Shown here: one piece after another, positions 46,452 through 54,866 of the stretch
Layout: every line of letters begins with the position of its first letter
Position numbering within the stretch: position 1 is the stretch's first letter
Source of the DNA: a virus
Taxonomy: Duplodnaviria > Caudoviricetes
DNA: 64,000 bases
Direction: 5' to 3' (one strand)
Virus record (IMG/VR): IMGVR_UViG_3300050821_009094
Span: 1,544 to 65,543 of that record
Translations under genes and position numbers: made by a program
The notes under the pieces: model-generated
The model's input: the letters and a program-made list of their open reading frames with translations, nothing else
Database searches by the model: none
Told to the model about the DNA's origin: nothing

Positions 46452-46784
46452 TCACGCGACCGTCGAATTAATGACGACGCTGGTCGGTACCTGCGGCGCC
46501 GCGGCAATCACGATGCCCTCGGTCGCGGTGAACGGGCCGGACGCGCCGGTCACCGTCAACGACAGGCTGAGCGTGTCGGTGGACGCGGCGTCGGTCGCCA
46601 ACGTGGTAAGCGTCGAGGTGGTGCCATCGGGGGAGACAGTGAGCGTGTCGATGCCCGGTGCGCTCGGCGCGTTGGTCCAGGTTGCCGGCGCGGCGAGGAC
46701 CGGCGGCGTGAGCATCGGATTGCCGTTGGCATCAAGGATGGTGTAGGTCGAGGTGACGGTGTGGCCGGCATTGACGGTAAGCAT
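46452..46784 (-). CDS. Ig-like Thr-rich small protein
   Basis: AGGAG RBS; D.NGN......TW..S......VSPDG pattern; an in-frame upstream ATG exists at 46916. Confidence 0.7.
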   Translation of the reverse strand: MLTVNAGHTVTSTYTILDANGNPMLTPPVLAAPATWTNAPSAPGIDTLTVSPDGTTSTLTTLATDAASTDTLSLSLTVTGASGPFTATEGIVIAAAPQVPTSVVINSTVA

Positions 46785-46948
46785 GACGTAGGTTCTCCTG
46801 TTGGGGTGCAGCTCGTACAGACAAGGTTCGAAACCATCGACGGATACTATCAGAAACACGCGGAAGTGGCGTCGCCGATAGGGGTGGTAGCGTTTCTGAT
46901 GGAAAAGTTCGAACATCGGTACAAGGTAACATAGTGTTGAAGCTGTGG

Positions 46949-47449
46949 CTAGAACAGATCTACCAGCATATCCGCAGTACGGCGCATCAGCTCAGCATAT
47001 GCGGGACGCGTTACAGGATTGCCGGCCGAGAAGTTGGCAATGCGCAAAGCCTCGTCCTCGCGCTGTTCCAGCATGATCTTCTGCGCCAGCATGATGTCGC
47101 CGGTGGTGTAGGCGCCTTGAGGGACGAAGCAGAGGCTGCGTACCACCTGGTTCTGGTTGTTCAGCTCGCGCACATTGAAGGTTGTTCGGCGCTCGATGCG
47201 GTACTTTTTGCAGGTGACGTTGCCGATGACGTGGAAATAACCATGCTTGTCGAAGTCCTGGTTTTGTTTCTTGGTTAGCCAGGATTGCAGAAGTTCGATC
47301 GACTTGTGCTCGGCTTCGGCCTCATTGTAGGTGTAGGTCGTGGCGTTCACCGGCTGCGCCACGTAACCACTTCCAGCGTTGAGAATAGTCACTTCGGTCA
47401 CAGCACCAACGTCGTCGTATTCAATCAGTGCCGAAGCAAAGACGGCCAT
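46949..47449 (-). CDS. hypothetical protein coupled to the GG-terminal protein
   Basis: TAATG overlap; ELLQSWL...YF.VIG...YRI...LCFVP...GDIMLAQK.MLE. Confidence 0.75.
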   Translation of the reverse strand: MAVFASALIEYDDVGAVTEVTILNAGSGYVAQPVNATTYTYNEAEAEHKSIELLQSWLTKKQNQDFDKHGYFHVIGNVTCKKYRIERRTTFNVRELNNQNQVVRSLCFVPQGAYTTGDIMLAQKIMLEQREDEALRIANFSAGNPVTRPAYAELMRRTADMLVDLF

Positions 47450-47655
47450 TAGCCGCCCTGCATCCGCGGCACGAACAGCGTCTCGTCGGCGGTCGGATCG
47501 AACTGGCGGGTGACCGTGTAGTCCTTTTGATCGGCCTTGCGCGTGGCTGCGGTCGAGCCGAGGCCTACGAGTTCGTTGAACTTTTCCATCGCATCGTTGG
47601 TGTCGGTGATGTCGAGCGTGGTGTGGCCGGTGTGGTCGAGGATCTGGAATTTCAT
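47449..47655 (-). CDS. 68-aa protein ending in Gly-Gly
   Basis: AAGGA RBS; ends FDPTADETLFVPRMQGG. Confidence 0.8.
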   Translation of the reverse strand: MKFQILDHTGHTTLDITDTNDAMEKFNELVGLGSTAATRKADQKDYTVTRQFDPTADETLFVPRMQGG

Positions 47656-47678
47656 CTGGTGTCCTTTCGGGTTGCAGT

Positions 47679-47888
47679 TTAGCGAGGTGGATTGAGTTTT
47701 TCAATAACTTTGGATGCCTGGTCGTAGGCGTCGAGCACGATCTTGACGATATGCTCGAAGCGCTCGATCGGCGTGGACTTGTCGTAAGCGTTGTAGGTGG
47801 GTGCCACGAGCTGCGCGACGAGATTGTTGAATTGGTTCTCGATTACGGATTGGAGCGCTTTGTCCAGGGCGTGTTTGAGGTCGGGCAT
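47679..47888 (-). CDS. hypothetical protein
   Basis: TAATG overlap with the MTase gene. Confidence 0.65.
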   Translation of the reverse strand: MPDLKHALDKALQSVIENQFNNLVAQLVAPTYNAYDKSTPIERFEHIVKIVLDAYDQASKVIEKLNPPR

Positions 47889-48376
47889 TACTGTATTTCC
47901 CAACTTGTTACGAGATTGCCCTTTAATTTCGAAATGCGCAAGGCATCGGCGTTAAACTCGCCAAATGCCACCAAGCAAGCGGGAGCACCAGAGTTTGCTT
48001 CTGCGCGTTCACCGCTCGGATAGTGGAAGTACAAGCGATCGGCGAGAAACAAAATTGCACTGGCAAATTCCCAACACGGCTCGAACCATTCTGCTTCGGT
48101 CCTGGCGTGCAGCAGCGCGATCCCATTACCATGCGTCGCAAGCTTCGCGATCCACTTGCCGACTTGGTAGCGATCAAACGGCGGGTTCAAATAGACGCGC
48201 CCGTCCCATTCAAAATCGAGACCATGACTGAAATGCTGAACAGCAGCGCATTTCCACGGTGCGATCGGCGAAGCGCACGGATCGAGATCAAAAGGACCGA
48301 GCGCTTCGAGAATATGCTTCGGCGTGATCCAGTTTTGTGAAGCGCCGACAGTTTTTTGGTGGGAGCCGAGGGTCAT
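47888..48376 (-). CDS. phage DNA N6-adenine methyltransferase (Dam-like)
   Basis: WITP, FDLDPCAS, VYLNPPF and LLHARTE motifs. Confidence 0.9.
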   Translation of the reverse strand: MTLGSHQKTVGASQNWITPKHILEALGPFDLDPCASPIAPWKCAAVQHFSHGLDFEWDGRVYLNPPFDRYQVGKWIAKLATHGNGIALLHARTEAEWFEPCWEFASAILFLADRLYFHYPSGERAEANSGAPACLVAFGEFNADALRISKLKGNLVTSWEIQ

Positions 48377-48382
48377 TTGACG

Positions 48383-48410
48383 AGTGTAAGCCAAACTACA
48401 AGGTAGTCAA
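48383..48410 (-). promoter_or_regulatory. promoter with a second copy of the ACTAC-TGTAGT operator
   Basis: TTGACT-16 nt-TACACT, ending 6 nt before the MTase ATG. Confidence 0.55.
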
Positions 48411-48763
48411 GAGGCGGGTTTTTGGGGCTGGGAACGGGGAATTTTTTTGGGGTTTTTTCCGGGGGGCGTGAAGGGTGCGCTACCCAGAATTCTACTTCAC
48501 GTTGGGCCGAAGGGGGTTGCACAACCGCACAATGCGCGGATAGGTAAGGTATATCCCCACCCCTATCGCTAAGTGTTCCCAGCCCGCCAGGTATCAACCG
48601 AGACCTATTAGGAGCAGGAATCATAGCACCTAACCCGTTGATATTGCTTACGTGATATGTTCCCGCTGTTACCTACGGTCAACATAGATAACACGGCGCC
48701 AGGCGCCAGGAGTTGCGCGTTCGGCGCCAAACGTTTAGAGGTGCTTTGATCGGAGGATCGGAC

Positions 48764-49150
48764 ATGGACGACGGAACCCGGAATTCGGCGTCGAGCGCCG
48801 AACGCATCGAACCGGAAAGCTACCCCGAATCGTTCGCTCGACAAGACGCTTCGCCTACTTTCAATGCTGTTTTACGGCGCCTAGGCCATACCGGGACACA
48901 CCGCCAAATCATGCGCTTATTCCCTGGTGCCGCACACTTTCAAATCAGGGATTGGCGCAATGGCCGGCGCCTCGCGCCACGATGGGCATGGGACAGGCTT
49001 GGCCAGCTGCTGGATATCGAGGTTGCTAAAGCAAACGACGTTCTAGCGCGGCTGCGCGCACTACCGCCAGCGGCCGGCCGCGGCTCTCACAACAACATCG
49101 CCAAATGGAATGCGCGCCGCTTTGCCGAAAAGAAAAAGCCCGGGGTCTAG
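48764..49150 (+). CDS. hypothetical protein, possible HTH
   Basis: GGAGG RBS; IRDWRNGRRLAP resembles an XRE-type recognition helix. Confidence 0.6.
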   Translation: MDDGTRNSASSAERIEPESYPESFARQDASPTFNAVLRRLGHTGTHRQIMRLFPGAAHFQIRDWRNGRRLAPRWAWDRLGQLLDIEVAKANDVLARLRALPPAAGRGSHNNIAKWNARRFAEKKKPGV

Positions 49151-49163
49151 CCCCGGGCTTCTC
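49131..49163. terminator. hairpin terminator between convergent genes
   Basis: AAGCCCGGGG-TCTAG-CCCCGGGCTT with an A-tract on the left (U-tract on the minus strand). Confidence 0.7.
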
Positions 49164-49184
49164 GCTGGTCGTGTCTGGCGCTAA

Positions 49185-49838
49185 CTAGGCAGCTTTCTCC
49201 GCGCTAGTCTTGGCATAGAACCATTCCGGCGCTACCGTCGTCGCCTCGCCGCGCACTGGCATAAGCACACCAAAGGCGTGAGGCGAATTCGCGAACAGCA
49301 CAAGCGCCGGCGAATTGCAGTCCGATCCACAGAATAGCAATTCCCCGTTACGGCCGGTATCGCTTACCTTTTCCAATTCGATCGCCGCCGTCGCGAACGA
49401 GGCCATATACCGGCCGCGAAACCAGGGATGAAGCGTCTTTGTCGGGTCAATCTTCACGTCCGGCACCACGCGCCGATAGTCAGGAAACGTGCCATCGACA
49501 AACACTTTTGCCGATAGGCCGATCGATTCCCACGTTTCGCCGCTATCGAGGCTTTTCTCAATCAAAGCATCCTGGCCGTCGATCGTCACGCGCCGAGTCT
49601 CGCGCGGCTTGCTCTTACAAAGCTTCATGGCGTCCGGCGAAAGCTGCACAATGCCGGACTGGTCGGCGCTGCCCGTTTCGTCGCGAACGCAAATCAGCCG
49701 ATGGCCATCTGTCACCGTCATGGTCACACCGCCAGCCGCACAAGGCTCGACATACACACCAATCAAGTAATAACGCGTCTGTTCGTCCGATTCGAACGCT
49801 GTTACGATTCGGTAGAGATCCGCGTTGAATTTCATCAT
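49185..49838 (-). CDS. DNA polymerase III beta-clamp-like protein (truncated, about two domains)
   Basis: RYYLIGV, VTDGHRL, GTFPDYRRVVP and VLMPVR motifs. Confidence 0.85.
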   Translation of the reverse strand: MMKFNADLYRIVTAFESDEQTRYYLIGVYVEPCAAGGVTMTVTDGHRLICVRDETGSADQSGIVQLSPDAMKLCKSKPRETRRVTIDGQDALIEKSLDSGETWESIGLSAKVFVDGTFPDYRRVVPDVKIDPTKTLHPWFRGRYMASFATAAIELEKVSDTGRNGELLFCGSDCNSPALVLFANSPHAFGVLMPVRGEATTVAPEWFYAKTSAEKAA

Positions 49839-49876
49839 CACACCCTCCATTGTCCCGCCATCATTGGCGTCTGCAT

Positions 49877-49905
49877 TCTTTACTCTCTATCAACCCAAGA
49901 GTCAA
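49877..49905 (-). promoter_or_regulatory. promoter copy A: TTGACTC..TTGATAGAGAGTAAAG
   Basis: near-identical to the copy at 50576-50604. Confidence 0.6.
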
Positions 49906-49949
49906 CAGCAAAAAGCCCGCCGGTTAGGACGTGCTTCCTGGCGCATGGC

Positions 49950-50237
49950 TCACCCTGCATTGGCTTCGGCTTGAAGCGCCTCCGATAGGCGCATTGCAAT
50001 GCCCACCGCATCGCGCGGCATGACGCGGTATGCCTCCAATGCCGCCTGATACAGCTCCCGGCGCACGGCGTCGTGCGGGTCGCCATAAAGACGTCGATAC
50101 CGGCGCGCAGCTTCCGCATAGCGTTGCTGTGACAAACAAGTCACATCCTCACCATATCGACGCACGATGCTTTCCGAGCGACGCGCAACCACCCAATTCT
50201 TCCCAAACTCCGCTTCTAGGAACTCTAAATAACCCAT
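49950..50237 (-). CDS. hypothetical protein
   Basis: GGAGGG RBS. Confidence 0.6.
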   Translation of the reverse strand: MGYLEFLEAEFGKNWVVARRSESIVRRYGEDVTCLSQQRYAEAARRYRRLYGDPHDAVRRELYQAALEAYRVMPRDAVGIAMRLSEALQAEANAG

Positions 50238-50328
50238 GACCGCCCTCCATTAACGCTAGAACCTATCCCAAACCCATTCTAAGAGGCACCCAAGGGGGTT
50301 TGCCGGCCGTTGGGTACCCTGGTAGCCG

Positions 50329-50544
50329 CTAAACGCCGCACGCCTTCATGAAGCGCCCAAAGTCAAAACGCGGGTTACTCCGCGAGCACGCATCGCCAAA
50401 CCGTTGCGCCATCGCATAACGCTGCTCTAGATCGGGTATATCCCGGATCACAGCCGCAATAAACGAAAAGTGCCGGTGTTGCAGCTCAACGCCATGCCGG
50501 GCTGTGCTCACGTCCTTCCGATTTGCGCTTTCCACTGTCAGCAT
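50329..50544 (-). CDS. hypothetical protein
   Basis: GGAGAG RBS; HF.FIA.VI...NPRFD..RF..AC. Confidence 0.65.
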   Translation of the reverse strand: MLTVESANRKDVSTARHGVELQHRHFSFIAAVIRDIPDLEQRYAMAQRFGDACSRSNPRFDFGRFMKACGV

Positions 50545-50575
50545 TTCACTCTCCATTGGTTTGACCGCGCCTTTT

Positions 50576-50604
50576 CCTTTACTCTCTATCAAAAGGGGAG
50601 TCAA
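50576..50604 (-). promoter_or_regulatory. promoter copy B: TTGACTC..TTGATAGAGAGTAAAG
   Basis: shares the -35, a 17-nt spacer and a 16-nt identical block with copy A. Confidence 0.6.
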
Positions 50605-50629
50605 GCAGGAATTTTCAAAATCGACCGGC

Positions 50630-50820
50630 TGAAGGGATGAAGGGATGAAGGGTTGATTCCACATCGCTAACTTTTTCTCCGATTCGCGCTTTATGCCGCG
50701 AAGATAAGAAAGCGAGAATTGGCCTCACATGTAACCATAAACTATTCAGAACTATTCAACTATTCAGACTATAATAATATCAATGGCTTATCCTGAACAG
50801 TCCTGAAGCGTATGAAGGGT
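50630..50820. repeat. iteron-like direct repeats, candidate replication origin
   Basis: TGAAGGG(A) x3 at 50630-50652, AACTATTCA x3 at 50740-50766, AT-rich tract, IHF-consensus match at 50778-50790. Confidence 0.6.
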
Positions 50821-53192
50821 TAGCCATGCCAATCGGTCAAACTGTTGCGCCACGGCCAAGCGCCGAATTTGTCAGTCCATATCTTCCTGGCATCAATTAA
50901 AGCCGGAAAACGCCAATAATTACCATTTTCGCGGTGCAACCCTTCAGCCCCAAGGCTCCTAAGGAACCTCCCCAAAGCCGTCACCGAGGCCTCTTTTAGC
51001 TTGGGCACATCATCGCGTGCCCGGTCATAAACGACGACCGCCGGAATGACGCCGTGCGTGTCGCGCCGACCTGGCAACACGCCGCTTTGCAGTACTGATT
51101 CCCACCATTCATGCCGCGGATCCAGGCTGCGGGCTTTCTGTTCTGCGAGCGCGACCGTGCGCACGATCTTGCGCGGATGCCAGTCCTTCAAATCGAGGTG
51201 TAGTAAGTCGTGGAGCATCGCTGCCAATCCGCCTCCCCGCATTTCGGCATATAACTCTCTAAAGTATGCTTCATCGTTCATCCGTGCGCCCGACACCTCG
51301 AACACGGCATAACGCCGTTCATCGTGACTCGCCGGCACCACCCACTCGGCATTTGCAGCCATGATGACATGCAGCCGGTTTTTCCACGCGGTCGCATCGA
51401 TTCCCTTCTGCTCGATCATCAATACAGGCTCGGTGAGCATCCCTTTAAGGACTGCCTCGCCGTGCTTGTCGCCGGCCCAGAACGCTTCATCCGCGAACAG
51501 GAACAGGCAATTGCGCAAATGGCCGTTGAACGCGCCGACGAGGTGCTTTGAATTGAAGATATGCAAACCGTGTTGCCCGAATATCACGCGCATGGCGTCG
51601 GCAAAGGTGCCCTTGCCGCTTCCCTTGCCGCCTTTGAGCACCAGCGCTGCCTCCGCGCGCTCGCCGGGATGCTGGACCGCCCAGGCGGCCCACCGCGCGA
51701 TATAGTCCGCCGAAGGCCGGTCGCCGGCCGCCAGCACGTCGAGGATATGCCGCTTCATCAACGGCCACGCGCCGGGCTTTGGCTCGATCGCAAACCCCTG
51801 CCATAGATTGAGCACCTTGCCGGGCAGCTCGCGCTCGCCGTTCGGCACCAGGTCGATCCCCTCGAAGGTGCGGCGATGGCCCCATTTGAGCCAATAGGCG
51901 CCCAGCGCCTTGACGTCCTCGACCACCTCCCCGTTGTCATCTGTGCTCTTGAGCGTCACATATTTGTGTGCATAACGTTCGGTAAAGCTTTTAAAGGCTT
52001 GAAACGATGGCACTTTGACCGCGCGCTCGACCTTCGACTCGACCCACGACATAACTAGGCATTTACCGCCCAGATCGCCTATGACCGCATACTTTTCGTT
52101 AAGCTTTATGAGGGGGTTGCCGGGTTTGTCTAAATCTATTTCCGCGAATAATTGTGCTAAACTCTTGTGACCGTTTACCTCTTGCTCGCTTTGCTCGAAA
52201 AAGTCCTTTTCTTGCGGCACCTCTTTAGCTTCTGGCTCTAAGTCTTTGGACGCTGCCGCTTTTGGCTCTCGACTTGGTGGCACCCAGCCCGGAATTACCT
52301 GCCGGATCCAGAATATGATCGAGCCGAAACCCCAATCGGTCGGCGGGGACGTGGGATAATGCCGCCAGCGATCCTCGACAGCTTCCGCGTCATATTTCCG
52401 CGACTTACGAGAAAATGTGTGAGCGGCTTCTAAGCCTACAGGCGAGCCGCGCGAGGCGACCCACAAGGCCATAAGGCGATCATTCCAATCGGCCCATTCC
52501 AGTTCGGGGTTAGGCAATAGCTTGCCGGCCGCCTCTATATCCTCATCCGGCACATCATCCATACCGGCCGCCGCGCGATCGGCCAGGCGGGGCAGGTTGC
52601 TCTTGCGAAGGTGCTCGGGCACACTCTTGGCATTGATCGCTTTGCGCCTTCCCTTGCCCTCCCGCGGCCGCGCGTTGAGCGCTTCGACCAGCCAAGGCTC
52701 GATCGGCATGATGGGTGTTTCTAGGCCATCTCGGTCTCTTATCCACTCGTAACGTTTGCCCGATTTGTGCAGGGAGGGCGGGGCGACGACGAAATGGCCG
52801 GTATATTGGACCTCAATTCCGCCTCCGCGGCTACTGGCCAGATCCATACCCTCGGGTACGCTGTAATAGGCGTGCTGGCCGCCTTCCGCGCGCCCGCTGC
52901 GTGATCGCAGCGTGTTCGGCATGGGTTTGCCGCCCAGCACGTTCTTGAGCGTCTGTACGGCTCGCTGGCCGTCTAAATCGACCACCACCAGCCAATCGCC
53001 GCATAAAATCGCGATATTGGCTTTGGGCCATTGCTGCCACCAGGCCTCGATCTGCTCGGGATCGGTAGTGGCCTCGATCTGCCACGCCCTGATGCAGGGA
53101 ACCTTGTTCCTATAGACCGGAAACACCCGGAATCCGCGCGCCGCGAGGTGCAGCGCCTCATCGACCATAGTGAAGGTGTTTGATTGAGCCAT
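50820..53192 (-). CDS. bifunctional primase/polymerase plus PriCT-2 plus SF3-type helicase
   Basis: VFPV, NIAI, VVDLD, H.YY and VVAPPSLH (Prim-Pol); GGKGSGKGT, FADEA and DERRY (helicase). Confidence 0.92.
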   Translation of the reverse strand: MAQSNTFTMVDEALHLAARGFRVFPVYRNKVPCIRAWQIEATTDPEQIEAWWQQWPKANIAILCGDWLVVVDLDGQRAVQTLKNVLGGKPMPNTLRSRSGRAEGGQHAYYSVPEGMDLASSRGGGIEVQYTGHFVVAPPSLHKSGKRYEWIRDRDGLETPIMPIEPWLVEALNARPREGKGRRKAINAKSVPEHLRKSNLPRLADRAAAGMDDVPDEDIEAAGKLLPNPELEWADWNDRLMALWVASRGSPVGLEAAHTFSRKSRKYDAEAVEDRWRHYPTSPPTDWGFGSIIFWIRQVIPGWVPPSREPKAAASKDLEPEAKEVPQEKDFFEQSEQEVNGHKSLAQLFAEIDLDKPGNPLIKLNEKYAVIGDLGGKCLVMSWVESKVERAVKVPSFQAFKSFTERYAHKYVTLKSTDDNGEVVEDVKALGAYWLKWGHRRTFEGIDLVPNGERELPGKVLNLWQGFAIEPKPGAWPLMKRHILDVLAAGDRPSADYIARWAAWAVQHPGERAEAALVLKGGKGSGKGTFADAMRVIFGQHGLHIFNSKHLVGAFNGHLRNCLFLFADEAFWAGDKHGEAVLKGMLTEPVLMIEQKGIDATAWKNRLHVIMAANAEWVVPASHDERRYAVFEVSGARMNDEAYFRELYAEMRGGGLAAMLHDLLHLDLKDWHPRKIVRTVALAEQKARSLDPRHEWWESVLQSGVLPGRRDTHGVIPAVVVYDRARDDVPKLKEASVTALGRFLRSLGAEGLHRENGNYWRFPALIDARKIWTDKFGAWPWRNSLTDWHG

Positions 53193-53239
53193 GCCGACAA
53201 CCCGTTGACAGTGTGGGTCCGCTCGGCTAAATGGAGGGC

Positions 53240-53296
53240 TGCGACGCGCTCACATTAACCGATCTGAGACACCCCGCCCTCGTGGCGGGGTTTTTC
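53240..53296 (+). ncRNA. candidate antisense RNA to the primase leader
   Basis: TTGACA (53205)-17 nt-TAAATG promoter; terminator ACCCCGCC/GGCGGGGT plus T-tract. Confidence 0.5.
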
Positions 53297-53396
53297 ATGG
53301 TCGTCCCGATTCACATTTTCGTCAAGACTTAAGTCTGACACGCCTCTTGCGGGTCAGTAGGCTTGCGTTAACGCCAGACCTGTGCCAGCATCGGCG

Positions 53397-53476
53397 CCGG
53401 TGGACCTCCCTCCACCGACTGTGCAACACTCAGCAGACCACGAACCTAACCCCCGCCTCGCCAGCGGGGGTTTTTT
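53397..53476 (+). ncRNA. candidate sRNA with CCUCCC loop
   Basis: CGGTGGA-CCTCCC-TCCACCG hairpin; terminator AACCCCCGC/GCGGGGGTT plus T-tract. Confidence 0.5.
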
Positions 53477-53480
53477 ATTC

Positions 53481-53514
53481 TTGACACTGTTGTCAGGCTA
53501 TGCTAGAGAGTAAA
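53481..53514 (+). promoter_or_regulatory. rightward promoter
   Basis: TTGACA-17 nt-TAGAGA; contains TAGAGAGTAAA, shared with promoter copies A and B. Confidence 0.6.
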
Positions 53515-53535
53515 AATCAGGCAAGGGAGCAGGTA

Positions 53536-53730
53536 ATGGCTTGGAAGTCCCACTGGCAACCGAAAGATCGTAAAGAGGATATGGCAAACGATATTCTCGA
53601 ATGGGCGCGGCGCGTATCGGGCGACGATAAGCTCGAACTACCTACACTCACCAACATGAGTTACCGTGATCTTTCGAATTTCATGCTAGCGGTACGACAG
53701 GCGGAAATTGCATATGACCGTTGCGCATGA
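53536..53730 (+). CDS. hypothetical protein
   Basis: GGAG RBS; first gene of the rightward operon. Confidence 0.6.
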   Translation: MAWKSHWQPKDRKEDMANDILEWARRVSGDDKLELPTLTNMSYRDLSNFMLAVRQAEIAYDRCA

Positions 53731-53971
53731 CAAAGCCCGGCAGTGGCGCGAGTCGCTCAACCTCTCGGTTGCCGATCTAGCGCGTTTGAGCGGGTATAGC
53801 ACCGTTAGCATTTGGTGGGCAGAGCAGGGCCTTACCCCGCCTCGCACTAATAAGCATGTGGCGGGTGCCGCCAAGTCGGGCAAGATTAAAGGTGCAGTTT
53901 GGCAACGCTATCGTAATGTGTGTGCGGGCGTTGAATATCAGCTCAAAAATGGCAGGAGGTTCGATTGGTAA
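53714..53971 (+). CDS. XRE/Cro-like HTH regulator
   Basis: WRESLNLSVADLARLSGYSTVSIWWAEQG. Confidence 0.8.
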   Translation: MTVAHDKARQWRESLNLSVADLARLSGYSTVSIWWAEQGLTPPRTNKHVAGAAKSGKIKGAVWQRYRNVCAGVEYQLKNGRRFDW

Positions 53972-54156
53972 CGGACACTGAACGAATCGATTTCATCGAG
54001 AAAATCGCAAAACGCAGCCGGACAGGAATTTCGTTCGATTGGGTACCTTCCGATGAAGGGGAGCATTCGGGCTATCGGATGATGAGCAGTCATCTTATTC
54101 GGCAAAGCTATGAAAGCCTCCGCGATTCTATAGATGCAGCCATGCAGGCAGTTTAA
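53965..54156 (+). CDS. hypothetical protein
   Basis: TDTERIDFIE...LRDSIDAAM pattern common in small phage proteins. Confidence 0.6.
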   Translation: MVTDTERIDFIEKIAKRSRTGISFDWVPSDEGEHSGYRMMSSHLIRQSYESLRDSIDAAMQAV

Positions 54157-54170
54157 TTGGGGAGAATGAC

Positions 54171-54359
54171 ATGACTCGTCGCAAGCATCGGCTTTACATC
54201 GACGTGACTTACAGTTCGAAGCTTCCACCGCGCGAGGCTGCTCAGGGCTTGCAGCTTTTTCTCGACACGCACCTGGATTTGGCGAAGTGCCCGGTGTGGG
54301 CGTATTATGATTCTCTTTACATCGAGAAACTGCAAATTGTGGAGAATAACCAGCGATGA
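54171..54359 (+). CDS. hypothetical protein
   Basis: GGAG RBS. Confidence 0.55.
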   Translation: MTRRKHRLYIDVTYSSKLPPREAAQGLQLFLDTHLDLAKCPVWAYYDSLYIEKLQIVENNQR

Positions 54360-54542
54360 TCTACTTCCTCATCGCTCACCTGATCTCGGCCGCGCTGGTC
54401 ATCGGCTCGGTCTGGCTGTGTTGCACATTCCCGACGAGGGCAAAGCCATGACCGAACTCCTGAGCTGGATCCTGGTTTTCATTGTGTGGGCGATATTTGT
54501 CGCTATCCTGCTGCGTTGGAACTACAACGCCCACCGCAACAA

Positions 54543-54866
54543 ATGACCCGCCCCCGCAAAGTGCAGACCAGGTGCCCGTGCTGTGGCCAGCCTCTGGCCA
54601 AGCCGATCGCCATTGCTGATCCGGCCATTCCGTACTTGCACACCCAGCGCCAGGCCCTCTTCAACCTGCTCAAGGCCAACCCGCAGGGGCTGACCGCGGA
54701 ACAGATCCGTGCCCGCATCTTTCACACCAAGCGCAACGGCGAGCCGTACTGCGAGAAGGTGGTCAGCGTGACCTTGCATCACCTCAACAAGAAGATCGCG
54801 CCGTGGGGCCTGAAGGTCGCGGCGACCGGTGGCTGGGGGTCGGTTTATCGGCTGGTGCAGTTGTGA
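54543..54866 (+). CDS. Zn-knuckle plus winged-helix-like protein
   Basis: CPCCG; V.V.LHHLNKKI...GSVYRL resembles an OmpR-type wing. Confidence 0.7.
   Translation: MTRPRKVQTRCPCCGQPLAKPIAIADPAIPYLHTQRQALFNLLKANPQGLTAEQIRARIFHTKRNGEPYCEKVVSVTLHHLNKKIAPWGLKVAATGGWGSVYRLVQL

Noticed and set aside
50630-50770. Short repeats considered as a CRISPR array
   Set aside because: Units are 8-10 nt with no unique spacers. The Cas4-like gene is a common stand-alone phage nuclease.
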